The notes below the pieces were generated by a model. The model made no database searches. It saw only the letters and a program-made list of their open reading frames with translations, and was not told the DNA's origin. Below are positions 47,204 through 60,409 of a DNA stretch of 64,000 nucleotides, piece by piece (positions within the stretch are counted from its first letter, which is position 1; every line of letters starts with the position of its first letter). Source of the DNA: Blepharisma stoltei ATCC 30299 (lineage: Eukaryota; Protista; Ciliophora); assembly GCA_965603825.1 (NCBI GenBank), contig CBFDEM010000040.1, positions 186,001-250,000 of the forward strand, given 5' to 3'. Position numbers and translations under genes: made by a program.

Positions 47204-48646
47204 TTAGTTAATTAATTTTTGTTGTCTTATCGAGTTGTCTCTTGTGAATTCATTGAGATAGTCCATATAAAACCTATGAAGTTTAAAGGTTTTTCTGTTT
47301 ATTTTTCTGATATCATCAGATTTTGCAAGCTTTGCAATATAATTGACTAAGTTCAGCAGCTCTTTGTCATTTTCATTATTAGCCCAAGTAATGATAGGGA
47401 TGCCATTATCCAGCTGGTACATAAAGCTATAAACTGAATTGTCTATTATGATGATATCTTCTAAGTTTCTGTTATCAAGAATCCTGAGGTCTTTAATAAT
47501 TAAGCCATTAATTATTACACAGCTATCTCTGTATAGTCTGTGATGGATAAATTCTTTTTTAGGGTCTAAAAAATCAATAATGGCATCTGCATGAGCTTGG
47601 TTAAAGGAAGTGAAAACTATCACTTCACATATTTTACTCACAGCTCTTAAGCATTCTATTGCATAAGGTCTGACTTTTATTTTGGTTTTCGCTACCATCC
47701 CATTTGGGAATTTTATTGGGATTATTGCTTCTGGGGATTCATCAATTTCATGATCCACGCAATGAACTAATGTTTCATCCAAGTCAAAGATTACTGTTTT
47801 CTTGGTTTCAAAGCCAGGTTTTCTTCGTAAGTTTATTTTTCTGCATCTAATAAGATCCATATCAAGTGCTGGATGCAAATTCAAGTATTCCATAGCTTGA
47901 AATGTCTGGTATAAATGATCTTTCATTTTACTTTTATTTGAGGACGAATTAGTCTCAACTCTTTTTGTGTCTCCTAGCTGCATCCCAGTATTGTTTATGT
48001 CTGATATTCTTGAATAGCTTGCATCTCTTAAAAGATTTTCTTGAGATCTCGAAGAGCATAAACTTTGGTTATTTTTCACCACCCTGATCTTAAGACCTTG
48101 TGGTTTTTTTATTTGTAGAGGTTCAACTATATCATTTTTTTTAGTATTTTCAGGAATTTTGTGCCAATGTGGCATTTGTGAGATGTCAGCATCAACTGGC
48201 TGCGGGTTAAAAACTGAGTTAGACAAGTCTTCTTCCACAATGTCACTATGCAGAATAGGGGATGGAATTTCTTTTTCCTCTTCTTCATATAAGTCATCAA
48301 AAAGTGGAGAACTGCCTAAAGGGTCCGCAGTCAATTTTAGCTGGGTTGATCTGCTAAAGCTTGGCCGAGATTTGTGCGGGACTATTTCGTTTAAGGTCGG
48401 GCTATTATGCAAGGAGCTTGCAGATCTGTCTATTTTCAAAGTGTGTGACTTTTTTACTTTTCTTATTTTACTGATAGAGTTAGCGTTGATAGAACTTAAA
48501 CTCGGAAGTATCATTGGGGATTTGGGATTTTTATCGTCAGGTGATTTGGAATTCAGCCCTTGAGGCTTTCCTAGTAAGCTTGGATTCGAATTTGAAATCT
48601 TCAATGAAAACTGCGGATAAGGTCTTGTAGGAATTCTAATAGCCAT
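47204..48646 (-). CDS. CTD small phosphatase-like (NIF/FCP1/SCP HAD family)
   Basis: VIFDLDETLVH, VRPY, RLYRDSC, IKDLRIL, IIDNS..NGIPI; long disordered N-terminus. Confidence 0.92.
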   Translation of the reverse strand: MAIRIPTRPYPQFSLKISNSNPSLLGKPQGLNSKSPDDKNPKSPMILPSLSSINANSISKIRKVKKSHTLKIDRSASSLHNSPTLNEIVPHKSRPSFSRSTQLKLTADPLGSSPLFDDLYEEEEKEIPSPILHSDIVEEDLSNSVFNPQPVDADISQMPHWHKIPENTKKNDIVEPLQIKKPQGLKIRVVKNNQSLCSSRSQENLLRDASYSRISDINNTGMQLGDTKRVETNSSSNKSKMKDHLYQTFQAMEYLNLHPALDMDLIRCRKINLRRKPGFETKKTVIFDLDETLVHCVDHEIDESPEAIIPIKFPNGMVAKTKIKVRPYAIECLRAVSKICEVIVFTSFNQAHADAIIDFLDPKKEFIHHRLYRDSCVIINGLIIKDLRILDNRNLEDIIIIDNSVYSFMYQLDNGIPIITWANNENDKELLNLVNYIAKLAKSDDIRKINRKTFKLHRFYMDYLNEFTRDNSIRQQKLIN

Positions 48647-49013
48647 TTATAATTTTAAGGTTTACATAATTGAAGAAAATTGGATTTGACGTTCAGTGAT
48701 GGCGATATAATTTCATAGCTCTATAGCCTCAAATTAATAATTATTTTTAGATTTAAATAAAATGTAGGAATTTTGAACGATTTCTTTTGAATATTATTAA
48801 ATGGAAAATTCATACGGAATAAGCTGCAATGGAATGGTCATTTGAAGACATCAAGAATAATTTGAGTTTTCACACATCATAGTGCAGCCAAAATAAATCC
48901 TGCTACTTAAACCTAAAACAAAAATCAATTTAAGCTATAGCGAAAATATTAATGATATTTTAAAAATATTATTCAATTAAAAGCAAGTAGATAAACAAAT
49001 TAATTTTTATTAA

Positions 49014-51002
49014 ATGTCAGGCAGCTTAATACTTGACGAAGAAATCGACGAAGCCTATGAGCCAACCCAAGAAGAAATTCTTGATTACGCCAAGTGGCTT
49101 GGCATGAAATTACCTGAAGACAAAGATTTTTTGTATATTGCCAAAGAAGGCTTAAAAGCCCCACTCCCTGAGCCATGAAAAGCATGCCAAAATAAAGAAG
49201 GTGAAATCTATTTTTTCAACTTCCAAACAGGAGAAAGTGTATGAGACCATCCCTGTGACAAATATTACAAAGATTTATTCCAAGAGCTAAAAACAAAAAA
49301 ATCAAAAAGTCGGCAATCCAATCATAATAACAATAACAGCAACCAGATAGAAAGCCAAAAGAAAACTCATACAAAGCAGGAGAAGCCACGGACAAGCTTA
49401 GAGAAAGCAGATCCTTTATTGGAGATAACACAGCTTGAAAAAGAATGGAAAAAGAAGCTGGATGAAGTAAAGAAAAAAGGACAGCAGGAATTGGAGGATT
49501 TTATTGTTGATTTACAAAAACAGAAAGTTGTGGAATTGGCAGAATACAGGGGAGAGTTTGATAAAGATTTAAGAAAAAAAGGAGAAGCTTGGAAAAAACA
49601 GTTAGAAGATTTAGAAATCTTTGAGGCTTCTGCACCTAAAAAAGTAGCCTTGAATTTAGAGGAAAATAAAAAATTAATAGAAAATGAAAGAAAAAGACTT
49701 GAAGATCAAGCCAATTCAGAATTAGAACTGTATAGAAGAGAAGAAAGCCAAACAACGCAAGTTGAAATAAATTCAATGAAAGCAACGTATGATTTAGAAG
49801 TAAAAAGACTGGAAAAAGACTTTTGAGATCAAAAAGTAACTTATGAAAGTTCAAAGGTGCAGTCTGATTTTTTAATTAAAAAATATGACGAAGATCTTAT
49901 AAAAGAAGGTAAAAAATTGGAAATTGAATTTGAGGAAAAATTGAAGAAAATGAGGGAAGAAAAGAAAAATGAAATTAATCGGCTGAATTCGACCAAAAAT
50001 ACCAAAAAATTGGAAGAAAACTTAAGCTTTAAGGTGCAAGAAATGGAGCAAAGATATAAAATAAAAGTGGACAATGAGAAAAGAATAATCTATCAAGATT
50101 ATGAAAAAGAGTTATCATCTTTAAAATCTATTAGAGAGAATGCAAATGAGACTCCAGAATTTAATCAATTTTCAAATATACACGAAAAGAAAAGAATTAT
50201 TGACGATATCCAGCTAAAATATCAAGCATCTTTTGAAAAAGAAAAATCTGCTATAGATAGAGAAATCGCAATAAGGCTGGAAAGCGAAAAAAATCTAATT
50301 GAATCAGAATTTGCAATTAAAAAGAAAAAAATAATTGATGAAAGATCAGTGCCAATAAAAGAGTATCCTGTATCATACGAAACAGAAATGCTTAAAACAA
50401 TAAATGATATTGATGGAATTAATAAAAAAATCCATATAAAAGATGAAGAAATAGAGAGAATCAAAGCTCTTATTTATGAAAACTCAAAAGAATTACAAAA
50501 GTTAACAATTTATATTGATCAAAGTAATACAATTGCAAATTCAGCAAACAGAATTGAGGACTTAAAAAGAGAAATCGAAAGTAAAAATAAAATAATTGCA
50601 AAATTATCCACTGAAAACCCTGATAAAATCCAAACACTTGAAGAAGAAATAAATAAGCTAAAAAGGGTCATTTCGAATAATCCACAAAAAAAGAAAAGGA
50701 TTGAAAAATCTGAAAGCGAGGAAAGTGAAAAATTTGCGTATAATGGAATTGGAAATGAGCTTCGAGAAAACGAAATTTTCAAAAAATGGAGAAATGAAAA
50801 GCAAAGTTCAATGAAAAAGCTGACGAATTTGCATGTTTATGAAAGTGATATTTTAGAGGACGAAGATATTGATTTAAGTTCACCAATGGAAAGAAACGAT
50901 TTAAGTAGAGGGCCGAAAAAATATGGGGAATGGATGAATAACTTGCAAGAAGACCTTGAACATATGATTGATCATTCAAGAAAGATTCGTCAAGGTCTTT
51001 AA
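49014..51002 (+). CDS. CEP164: CEP164-like WW-domain coiled-coil protein, 662 aa
   Basis: ATG 49014; EPTQEEILDYAKWLGM..LYIAKEGLKAPLPEPW(TGA)..EIYFFNFQTGESVW(TGA)DHPCD; long coiled coil joined over TGA 49824. Confidence 0.8.
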
Positions 51003-51147
51003 TTATAATTCTTATTTTATTATATTATTAATTAATACAAAATTGATTTATTATATTCGGCCTTAAGAGCAATTTATAACTAACTACCCATTTATTTACT
51101 AATATAGCCTCATATCAATAAATTCGCCTAGCAAATAAGATTATCAG

Positions 51148-52182
51148 TTATTGCATTGGGTTTGCTTGATTTTCTAATTGTTTTTGGTTTAATTTATGCA
51201 TGTTATCCAGCTCTTTTACGCTCCTTAAAATTTTAGTTACTAACTCATGAGGATTATCAAGGTACATGTGATGCCCTGAGTTCGAAATTATTTCAGTAAT
51301 AATAGGACAAGAATTAAATTTAGAATTTTGTTCAGCGCCGTCTGGAAGAATTCAGTCTCTATCCCCATATAAATATACAATTGGGACATTTATTAATCTA
51401 TCACAAAGTGGAGATAATGCATATAACCCTTGGTCTAAAATCTGATCAAGAGAATATTCTCCACTTCCTGGGTACAAATTAACCTGCTCAAGATATGTAT
51501 AAACACTATTCATTTCTTTTTCTGAAATTCCAGAAATTCTACCTCCCAGGTACATTTCAATAATTTTCCCTGAAAATGGGCCAGCGTTCCTCAAAATTGT
51601 AGCTCCTGACATCTTTTTACCCCAAAATAAGCACACAAGTCTCATCACAAATCTGTCTTTTCAGCTTTGGCTTTCCATTCATCCTTGAAAAGTTCAGCCT
51701 ATTGGGTGTCTTGGAATTCCAATTGGGGATATTAAAACTAATTTTTCTACACGATTTGGGTATTTTTCTGCATAGCATCCAGATACATAGCCACCAAATG
51801 AATGGCCTGCTAGTACGAATTTTTCGATTCCTAGTCTATCTCTACAGACTTCGATAGGATAGACAAAAAAATCCTCACATTCTTCTCTGTTTTCCATCAT
51901 AAAGCAAGGACGGCTTGACCTTCCCATACCTAATAAATCGAGACAATAAAGCCGATATTCTTGGCATAGCCCTTTGAGGATTCGATAAAACATCACAGAA
52001 CTCCCCATGTAACCATGCACCATAATCATGGGTGGCTTTCCAGGATCCCCACATTGAAGGCAGAATATTGAGTAGTTATCTTGATGGTCGAGATAAATTC
52101 GGGTCGTTTCAGTTGGGATTTCAGCAAGTTCCAGTAAATGTTTTTCTGCTTTCAGAAGTTTTTTGTGAGAAAGTCGACCCAT
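51148..52182 (-). CDS. Alpha/beta hydrolase, ABHD4/ABHD5 (CGI-58)-like
   Basis: VHGYMG, DLLGMGRSSRP, GHSFGGY, LYGDRDW(TGA), GHHMYLDNP; ends at TAA 51148-51150. Confidence 0.9.
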
Positions 52183-52372
52183 TTATAAATGGAATTAATT
52201 ACAATAAACGGCTCTTTTTAAATTGTAAATTATTGCATTGAAGTTTATAACTATTAATTAAATTAAAATATCAAGTTTTTAGCAAATATATATATATTCC
52301 TTTGAGACACATCTTTTCAATGGAATTTAACTATAAATTAATAGAAACATAATAAAATTGCTTTATAATTAT

Positions 52373-52915
52373 TTACATGCTGATCCTAAGAGAGAATCGA
52401 GCAGACTTTTGTGTGGTACTGAAACTCTTAGATAAGTTACTATCAAATGAACCATTCAGACTTAATCTTCGTGAACTCAGTATTGGATTAGGAATTTTTA
52501 TTTTATATTCTCTGCTTATTGGAGAAATTTCCAATTGATTTTTTGGTGATTTTGGAAATGCGTTCAAATAAGTTAGCCTCATTATTCTTTGTACCGAATT
52601 ATATTTCTTGGAGTATTTTGCTTTTGGTCTTTTATTTTTTGAAGTTAAATTTTCAGCTGCTTCATCAATAAGCAATTCAAATTTGCTATGATCTAGACTA
52701 AAATTTGATTTGTCTATTCTTAATTCTTTATCAGATTTTTGTGGACTTCTCGGCAATACAATCATTTTGCATCTTTCTGAAAAATATTTTGGGGTCCTTT
52801 TACTGTCTTTAGGATTTCCTTGAATATATTTTTTTGCAATATCAGCAAGCTTCTTTCTTTGATTTTTTGATTTTGCCAAATAATGTCCTATATCAGTTTG
52901 CAAAGTGTTTTCCAT
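52373..52915 (-). CDS. Hypothetical basic Ser/Lys-rich protein
   Basis: 180-aa ATG..TAA ORF flanked by AT-rich spacers. Confidence 0.6.
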   Translation of the reverse strand: MENTLQTDIGHYLAKSKNQRKKLADIAKKYIQGNPKDSKRTPKYFSERCKMIVLPRSPQKSDKELRIDKSNFSLDHSKFELLIDEAAENLTSKNKRPKAKYSKKYNSVQRIMRLTYLNAFPKSPKNQLEISPISREYKIKIPNPILSSRRLSLNGSFDSNLSKSFSTTQKSARFSLRISM

Positions 52916-53202
52916 CTTATTTAAATTGAGCTATTAATCGCTGAAATTATTGATTTCATCATTTAGCTGACTCAGTTATTTACATCATAATAAAGATAAA
53001 ATTTGTTAAAATTTATATAAGAGCTATATTTTCAAAGATTTATTTTTTTAATTAATCCAAGTTTTATTATGCTTAGCACCAGCATAAAATTTAATTTATT
53101 TCTTTAACTATATTCATAAAAAGATCTGTCTCAAACTGCCTTGATATTTATATCATCAAAGATAATTCTCCTGTCCCATACTTTTGCATATAATTTAGCC
53201 AA

Positions 53203-53500
53203 ATGGTAAATTGCTATTTAGACTAAAGGCACACCTAGCGCAGGAAAGAGAAATTCACATACTCACACAGTGTGCAGAAGATGTGGAAAAAGAGCTCTTC
53301 ATAAGCAAACTTTAGAATGTGCATCTTGTGGATATCCTAGTGCTAAAATGAGACATTACAACTGGGCACTTAAAACCCACAGAAGAAGAGGTGAAGGTAC
53401 TGGAAGAATGAGATATCTCAAATCTATTCCTCGCAGAGCTAAGAATAGTTTCAGGGAAGGCACTACACCTGCAGCAAGGACAAAGCATATTAAGAAGTAA
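53203..53500 (+). CDS. RPL37: 60S ribosomal protein L37 (eL37)
   Basis: ATG then 16-nt intron 53206-53221; MTKGTPSAGKR..HTVCRRCG..CASCGYP..GTGRMRYLK. Confidence 0.96.
53206..53221 (+). other. 16-nt intron GTAAATTGCTATTTAG immediately after the start codon
   Basis: Removal yields the canonical eL37 N-terminus MTKGT. Confidence 0.92.
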
Positions 53501-53921
53501 TCATAAATATTTCTTATCAATTATCTATTAATCAATGCTAAAAAAAAATTGGATGCAATTCTCCTCTACACTGTGCAATCTATGGATTGTTGGAGAGCTT
53601 ATTGGCATGGTTAAACGGTAAAATTTTAAAAAGATAATAAATTTGTTTTGTAATTGCGAGCAATATTTCACAGATCTCTGCTTTAGAAATTAAAGCGTAT
53701 AATCACAAAATTATCCTTTAAAATTTAGGCTTAAAATATTAATATCCGAGAAATAATTCTTAATAAATCATAATAAATTTCACTAGAATCTAATTGAATT
53801 ATAATTTTAAAGGAAATATAATGATTAAGAAAATTACTTCTATAACTGATCATTATATCGTTTTAGCTTCCAAGTGAGTGCTCTTTTTTCTTTAGTTCCG
53901 TAGTTACTTCAACGTAATAAA

Positions 53922-54671
53922 ATGTTGGGAAACTTAAATAGTGCTAGCAGTAGTTTTCGCCATTCATCTCCACAAGTAAAATCACTTGACATCAGCGCCA
54001 CTGATTTAAGGTGCTGGACATCAAATAACCACTTTAGAACCAGTTCACAAGACATGACATCCAAAATTCCTATAACGACGAAAACCTATGCAATTCCTGG
54101 CTATGCTGGGTACATCCCAGGTGCCAAAGCTGACGATAATTTTGGTTCTTCATTCACTAAAACAGTCAGACAGCAATTCAACCGTGATAAATATTTAAAC
54201 CCGCGATCAACTGAAAGATTTCCTAACCGTCCTTATGAATCTTCATCTCCAATCAAAAGAATGCACGGCAAGTTTGGTGGAGGCCTTGAGGAAGAATACC
54301 ATACAATATCAAGATTCCATGGAAAATGTACAATACCTCAGACTCATCCTAACTATGCAGATGACTCTTTTGATACTACTTATAGAAAATCTTATGTAAA
54401 TCAAGAAAAGAAAAGACCTGAAATTTATAGAAGCACAGATGGGGAATTTTGGAAAAGTGTACAGGTGTCTAAAAGACCATCAACACAAGCCTCAGGGTTT
54501 GTGCAGAACTCAACACTTTTCGATGGATATGGGTGGGAACCTATTAAAAAGCTGCATGGAGATATGACTGCGAGCGAATATAGAAGTAGGTATAATCCTC
54601 AGAGAGCTTTTCATCCTCAGCCACTGAAGCAAAATTTGAGAGCTTTGAAAAAGAAAGTTTTAGTTTATTAA
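53922..54671 (+). CDS. FAM166/CIMIP2-like ciliary microtubule inner protein candidate
   Basis: AIPGYAGYIPG..DNFGSSFTK motif; TTYRKSY and SEYRSRY MIP-like short motifs. Confidence 0.6.
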   Translation: MLGNLNSASSSFRHSSPQVKSLDISATDLRCWTSNNHFRTSSQDMTSKIPITTKTYAIPGYAGYIPGAKADDNFGSSFTKTVRQQFNRDKYLNPRSTERFPNRPYESSSPIKRMHGKFGGGLEEEYHTISRFHGKCTIPQTHPNYADDSFDTTYRKSYVNQEKKRPEIYRSTDGEFWKSVQVSKRPSTQASGFVQNSTLFDGYGWEPIKKLHGDMTASEYRSRYNPQRAFHPQPLKQNLRALKKKVLVY

Positions 54672-54882
54672 GCGGCATTTTAATATTAACTTAATATGAT
54701 TTTAAATTCATTAATATAGCTTTATTATTATGAAAAATATTTAGATAGAAATGGCATGAGGAAATAAATTAACTTTTTTGAGGTTCATATGATTTCTGTT
54801 TTCCTCATTTAGGGCTAATGTCTGCTATAATTATTTTATAAAAATTAATTTCGGATTTTTATCAGAGTTAATAATAGAAATA

Positions 54883-55026
54883 ATGAGAAAAAGAAATAAT
54901 GATCAGGACTGGAGTTGCTTTGCAATTCAATTTGTTATGGGTATGTTTCTTATGGTTTGGATTGTAATTGTGCTCTGGGGACTATTTACTCGCAATATAG
55001 AGAAAGGATTTGACAATTCTAATTAA
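54883..55026 (+). CDS. Putative 47-aa single-pass membrane microprotein
   Basis: AATAATG start context; MRKRNNDQDWSCFAIQFVMGMFLMVWIVIVLWGLFTRNIEKGFDNSN*; GC-richer than its flanks; below the ORF-track cutoff. Confidence 0.55.
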   Translation: MRKRNNDQDWSCFAIQFVMGMFLMVWIVIVLWGLFTRNIEKGFDNSN

Positions 55027-55277
55027 AATCATAAAATCATTATGAGCACATAAATATCAGTTTTTAGCAATTTATATCGAATCTGTACCTAGTTAAACTT
55101 AAAATCTAATATAAAATCTTCAGCATTTTATTCTTTTCAAAAATTCTCATATAAATCTTCTATTGATTGAGATTATTTAAACAATAGAGCACTGTCATCC
55201 AATCTAGATAAACCTTTATATTTGCTGTAATCTCGAATGATTGAACCCTTTAAACTCAAATAATGAATAAAAATTAA

Positions 55278-55922
<645 letters not shown>

Positions 55923-56658
55923 GCCGTACTAGTCGTGAATTTAAGCTATTATTATAATTTATTATCTTATATAGAAGCTAACCCGGTAATAAGAGCTCTT
56001 TTAAGAGTTAAGTTAATTATTCTCTTTTAATTTTTCAATCTTATAAGTATCTAATGCCATCTTATATGCTATTGAGGGATAAATATGGTAATTGAAAACT
56101 TTAGAAAATAAAAGAATTCTGAAACGTAGTTTTGAGAGCAAAAAATTTAAATAAAAATATTCTGATTGTGATTTATTTTTATAGCTGGGTCTATTTATTG
56201 CAGCTAATGCTAAAAATGACAGAAAGAAATAAGAAAGTCCAAATCACAAATGCGATTTGTAAATGGCTTGCAAAGGTGGTGAATCAAAAGAGATTCCAGG
56301 CAGAAATACAAGCTGATATAATTTAAAAATAAATTTTGGCCTTATCTGGCCAAAAATACAATCTTTTCTCTTCTCAAATCTAAATTCATACCAAATAATG
56401 CAAATTCAAAATAATTGAAATTTCATCTCAAAGTACCTAGGGAATAAAGCTCCAACTGATAGAAAATTTTAATATTAATATATCATAAAGCCAAACAGTT
56501 TTAGCATTTTTACCCATTAACAATTTTAATGTTGATAATAGGTCTATGCGAAAATAAGCTAAATCTCAACAAAAATACTTCAATATCGCTTAAGAATTTA
56601 AATAGTTAATTCTTTGCCTATTACCGACTCTACTGAAGTTTGGTGGACATTAAATAAA

Positions 56659-57129
56659 ATGAAATTTGCGGCCGAAAAAGAGACACTTGAGACGATCTCC
56701 ATCCCAAGTGTATTTACTAATATGCCATCCTTGCTTGTCCCACAAGTAAATGATCAAGTATGGCCAATCTGTTTGTCCCTGCCTTGCATTTTCTCCAATG
56801 AGACTCTTCAGCCTGTCCACCTCGAGCCAGGCGAAACTCAAGAGCCTTCATCCATAAATGTTCCTGATGAGCAAAAGCCCACCCGTATTGTTCCTATATG
56901 CACGCATTACGATAAAAAACACTATGCGAAAAATATGTGCAACAATTGTTATCATAGATTCGGAAGAGACAAATTAGCATGGAATTGCCCTCACAAGGAC
57001 AGACAGCATTACGCCAAAGGCAAGTGCCAGTTGTGTTATTTGCAAAATTATCATAGATCTAAGGTGTTTGGCAAGAGAAGAAAGAGAAGAAACACTAAAC
57101 CTCAGGGTGAAACCCAAATTAAACAATAA
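56659..57129 (+). CDS. Hypothetical protein with two tandem CxH-x4-HYAK-x2-Cx2CY zinc-finger-like repeats and a basic tail
   Basis: CTHYDKKHYAKNMCNNCY and CPHKDRQHYAKGKCQLCY followed by KRRKRR; AAAATG start at 56659. Confidence 0.7.
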   Translation: MKFAAEKETLETISIPSVFTNMPSLLVPQVNDQVWPICLSLPCIFSNETLQPVHLEPGETQEPSSINVPDEQKPTRIVPICTHYDKKHYAKNMCNNCYHRFGRDKLAWNCPHKDRQHYAKGKCQLCYLQNYHRSKVFGKRRKRRNTKPQGETQIKQ

Positions 57130-58654
57130 GTCTGTCAATGCTTATATATAGTATTTATAAACATTTACTCAAATTGTAAGATTTTGTTTAAATCTCTAGC
57201 TAATTTTAGAGGTAAAACTGGCTAATTTTTATTGAAAAAGTGAATATGTACTTGAAGAATTCATTTTCTGATATTTATGCTTTACTCTCATAAGGCTTTC
57301 AACATCAAAATGGTTGCTTATTTTGTTAAAATAGAAAAGCTAACGTCAAACCAGTTTTATGAGCTTAAAGCTTTATTATTTGCGATAAAAATATATGCAG
57401 TTGAAAAATTTCAAAAATTTTTGTATTATATCAAACTAAAAGTAATTTTGTTATATAATTATATTTTCATATAATTATATAAAAATAATATGAATCATGA
57501 TTTGATTGTATTGCAGTTGAAAAGGCCATTCGACATAGAATGAAAGGCAATTATTTTAAGAACATTCTGGATTAAATATTTCTTGAATATTTTTAAATAG
57601 TTTTTATTTTATAAATTTATTAGTGAGTAATTTCGATGTATTTTCTTGGACTACTAAAAGTCATAATCTTGTTCATATAATAATTATTAATTTTTCAATT
57701 GACCATAAATTTGAGATGAATCCTGGGGAGCTTAATATGATTGAGCATTATATAATAAAAAGCTACGATAATTTCAGTTATTGGAAGAGATTGATAATTT
57801 TCTTAATCTAAATCTTTATAACTTCCAACCCCTCGTAATTTAATAAAACCTCTTTAATTTTTTTGGGCAAAATCTTGAAATTATCCTTAGATATGTTTTA
57901 ATAACTTTTATAACGCAGATTTTATTGCTTCTTACCCTGTTTCCACAAAACTTTTTGCAATTTACTCCTATCAGTCTTTGATTCGAAGATTCAATCTATT
58001 CATTTTTTTATATAATGCATTAATTAGAAAATTATTTACATTATAGATAGATAACTAGTTGCAGAATGCGGAAATATAAAAGATAATTTAAATAAATCAG
58101 CTAAAATAGTTTATGAAAATTATATGTACACTGACAAAAAAATCAATAAATCATATAATTTTATCTAGAAAAAAATAAAAAATAATATATCTGTCTCTAA
58201 TTTTATGTAAGTTTCTTTCTGAGATAAGTTTATACTTAAATTTTATTTTCTTAAAAATTATATTTGCAAATACAAATAATCCTCATAGGGGTGATTCAAA
58301 CCTTTTTGAATAAGATGATAAACTCATACCCATTTCCTGACCAAACATGGATTTATCTCCCCTGTTTGCTTTGAAAATAACCGAATGCATCAAAACTTAT
58401 CTGAAACGGATTAAGCTAACTAAAGCGAGCTATAAGGTTGCGCGCGATATAATTTATCCTTTTGATAGCCTATAATTTGATGAATTTGTAGATTTGTCAC
58501 GCTCAAAAAATAATCAGCTTTAATTGCAAAATTTGATGGATGAACATTCATTTAAAATAAACTATATCTTTTGGCTTTTTATAGGATTTATTACCTAAAC
58601 AACTTTCTAATAGTCATTTAAATAATTTATCATAATAAGAATTTAAATTACAAT

Positions 58655-59362
58655 ATGGGCAAACTTTGACTGATAAGACATGCAGAAACATACTATAACG
58701 AGGCATGCAGAGAATGAATAAGATTAGGAAGACCTGGAAATAAAAATTTTCAATTTGAGGAACGATTTATGGACTCTACATTAACTGATCTCGGGATTCA
58801 GCAATCTCAAGAAATGATTCCTCAAGTCCACAGCTTGGATGTACAGATAGTTTTCGTTTCTCCATTAAGAAGAGCATTGCAAACATGTGACATTATTTTC
58901 AAAGACCACCCAAACCATCCTTCTGTAATTGTTCATCCGATCCTGCATGAAAGATTTCACAATGCCCACGATGTATCAGTATATGAAGGCTCCCCGTTTC
59001 CAGAATATTCGCATTTCGACTGGTCACTTATGAATTCTAACCCTCATTTCCATGCATCTATATGTGATAATGAATATATCAAACAAATCGTCGGCCTTAG
59101 CTATCAAGAAACAAGGGTTAAGCTCCTAGAAATGATGAGCTCAATCGACCCTGATTTCTTGGAGAATGAAGAACAGCTGTTTAGAAGAGGAAATAAATCT
59201 AAAATTATATGAAGAGAGTACTGCAGGACTCAAAACGTAGCCTTGGTCTCACACAGTGGATTTATTCGGTATTTTTCAGGACGATTAGATAACTCAGGCA
59301 ATATAATTCAAGGCACACAATTAAACAATTGCGAAATACTTGACTATCAAGATGACCTTTAA
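58655..59362 (+). CDS. Histidine phosphatase / phosphoglycerate mutase family protein
   Basis: MGKLW(TGA)LIRHAET..N, LTDLGIQQ, VSPLRRALQT, LHE, ALVSHSGFI, LNNCE. Confidence 0.9.
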
Positions 59363-59453
59363 AGATAATATTCAAGTAAATTTATCATTAATTTATCCAT
59401 TTCATAAACATCCTAAATCCACATAATAATTAATTTTTCCTCAAACACAATAA

Positions 59454-60155
59454 ATGATTTCTCCCTCCAATGTCACAGAGATATATCAGCAAATTATAGA
59501 TGAATGTATAACATGTATGCGCCCTGGTTTTCTCGGCTCAGGCCGCCAAGAAAACACTTTGCAAAGAATTAAAGATGCATGGAGCAATAATCTCTTTCGC
59601 GGATTCAAGCCTATAAATGTATATCTAACATAGGTTACCTCAAACGAATTGTCTCAATATTTTCAAAATAAGCCAGCCTCTTCAGATCAAGATTATTATA
59701 CAGTTCCTTACGAAAAAAAAGCAAAAATCGAAGTAATCGAAGAAAAGAAAATTCCGCAAGTCATCGAAACTCCTCCGTCATCTCCCAGCTCAGACTCTGA
59801 AGAAGATGAGGAGGAGGAAGAAGAGCTAGAAAGAGATCCTCTTGCAGACGAGTTTGCCAATAGAAAAAAACAAATAGAAGAAGCTCAGCAAGAAGAAAAA
59901 TTAAAACAAACAAAGGAAGTCAGAGAGGTCGCATATAGTGATGATGAAGGAGAAACCATAAGTGATGAAGAAACCAATACAAACCCGCCTGAAGTAAATG
60001 ACTACTTATTTTGCTTATATGAAAAAGTGCATAGGAAAGGAAATAATTGGAAGCTTAGACTTGATAAGTGTGTACTGCAAATAGGTGGGAGCAAAGAGCT
60101 GATTTATAGAAGTGCAACGGGAGAGTTGGATTTTAAAAAAGGAAATGGAAGGTAA
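59454..60155 (+). CDS. TOA1: Transcription initiation factor IIA large (alpha/beta) subunit
   Basis: N-terminal IYQQIIDEC..LQRIKDAWSNNL; acidic linker; C-terminal LFCLYEKVHRKGNNWKL..SATGELDF; intron 59619-59633. Confidence 0.85.
59619..59633 (+). other. 15-nt intron GTATATCTAACATAG
   Basis: In-frame TAG; joins the TFIIA N-terminal helix region to the rest of the gene. Confidence 0.87.
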
Positions 60156-60409
60156 TATAATCATGTGAAATTAAATATTATTTGCTATGCATTTTTAAGG
60201 TCTTTTTATGCTTTGAATTAAAATTTGGCAAGTCAAAGATATTAGCTGAGGTATATAGCTATACAATTAATAAGCTTCGTTATATATGCATTAGAAAGTA
60301 TAATTTTCTTTATATTAATTAGTAAAAATAAATAAAATTATTACTTGTAAGACAAAATTAGCAGACATTTTAGTTAATTTATATGACACTATGTATATAA
60401 GCTTGATTT

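Noticed and set aside
56334-56355. Perfect 8-bp hairpin TTTTGGCC-ttatct-GGCCAAAA
   Set aside because: A single short inverted repeat expected by chance in 64 kb; no target-site duplication or second copy seen.
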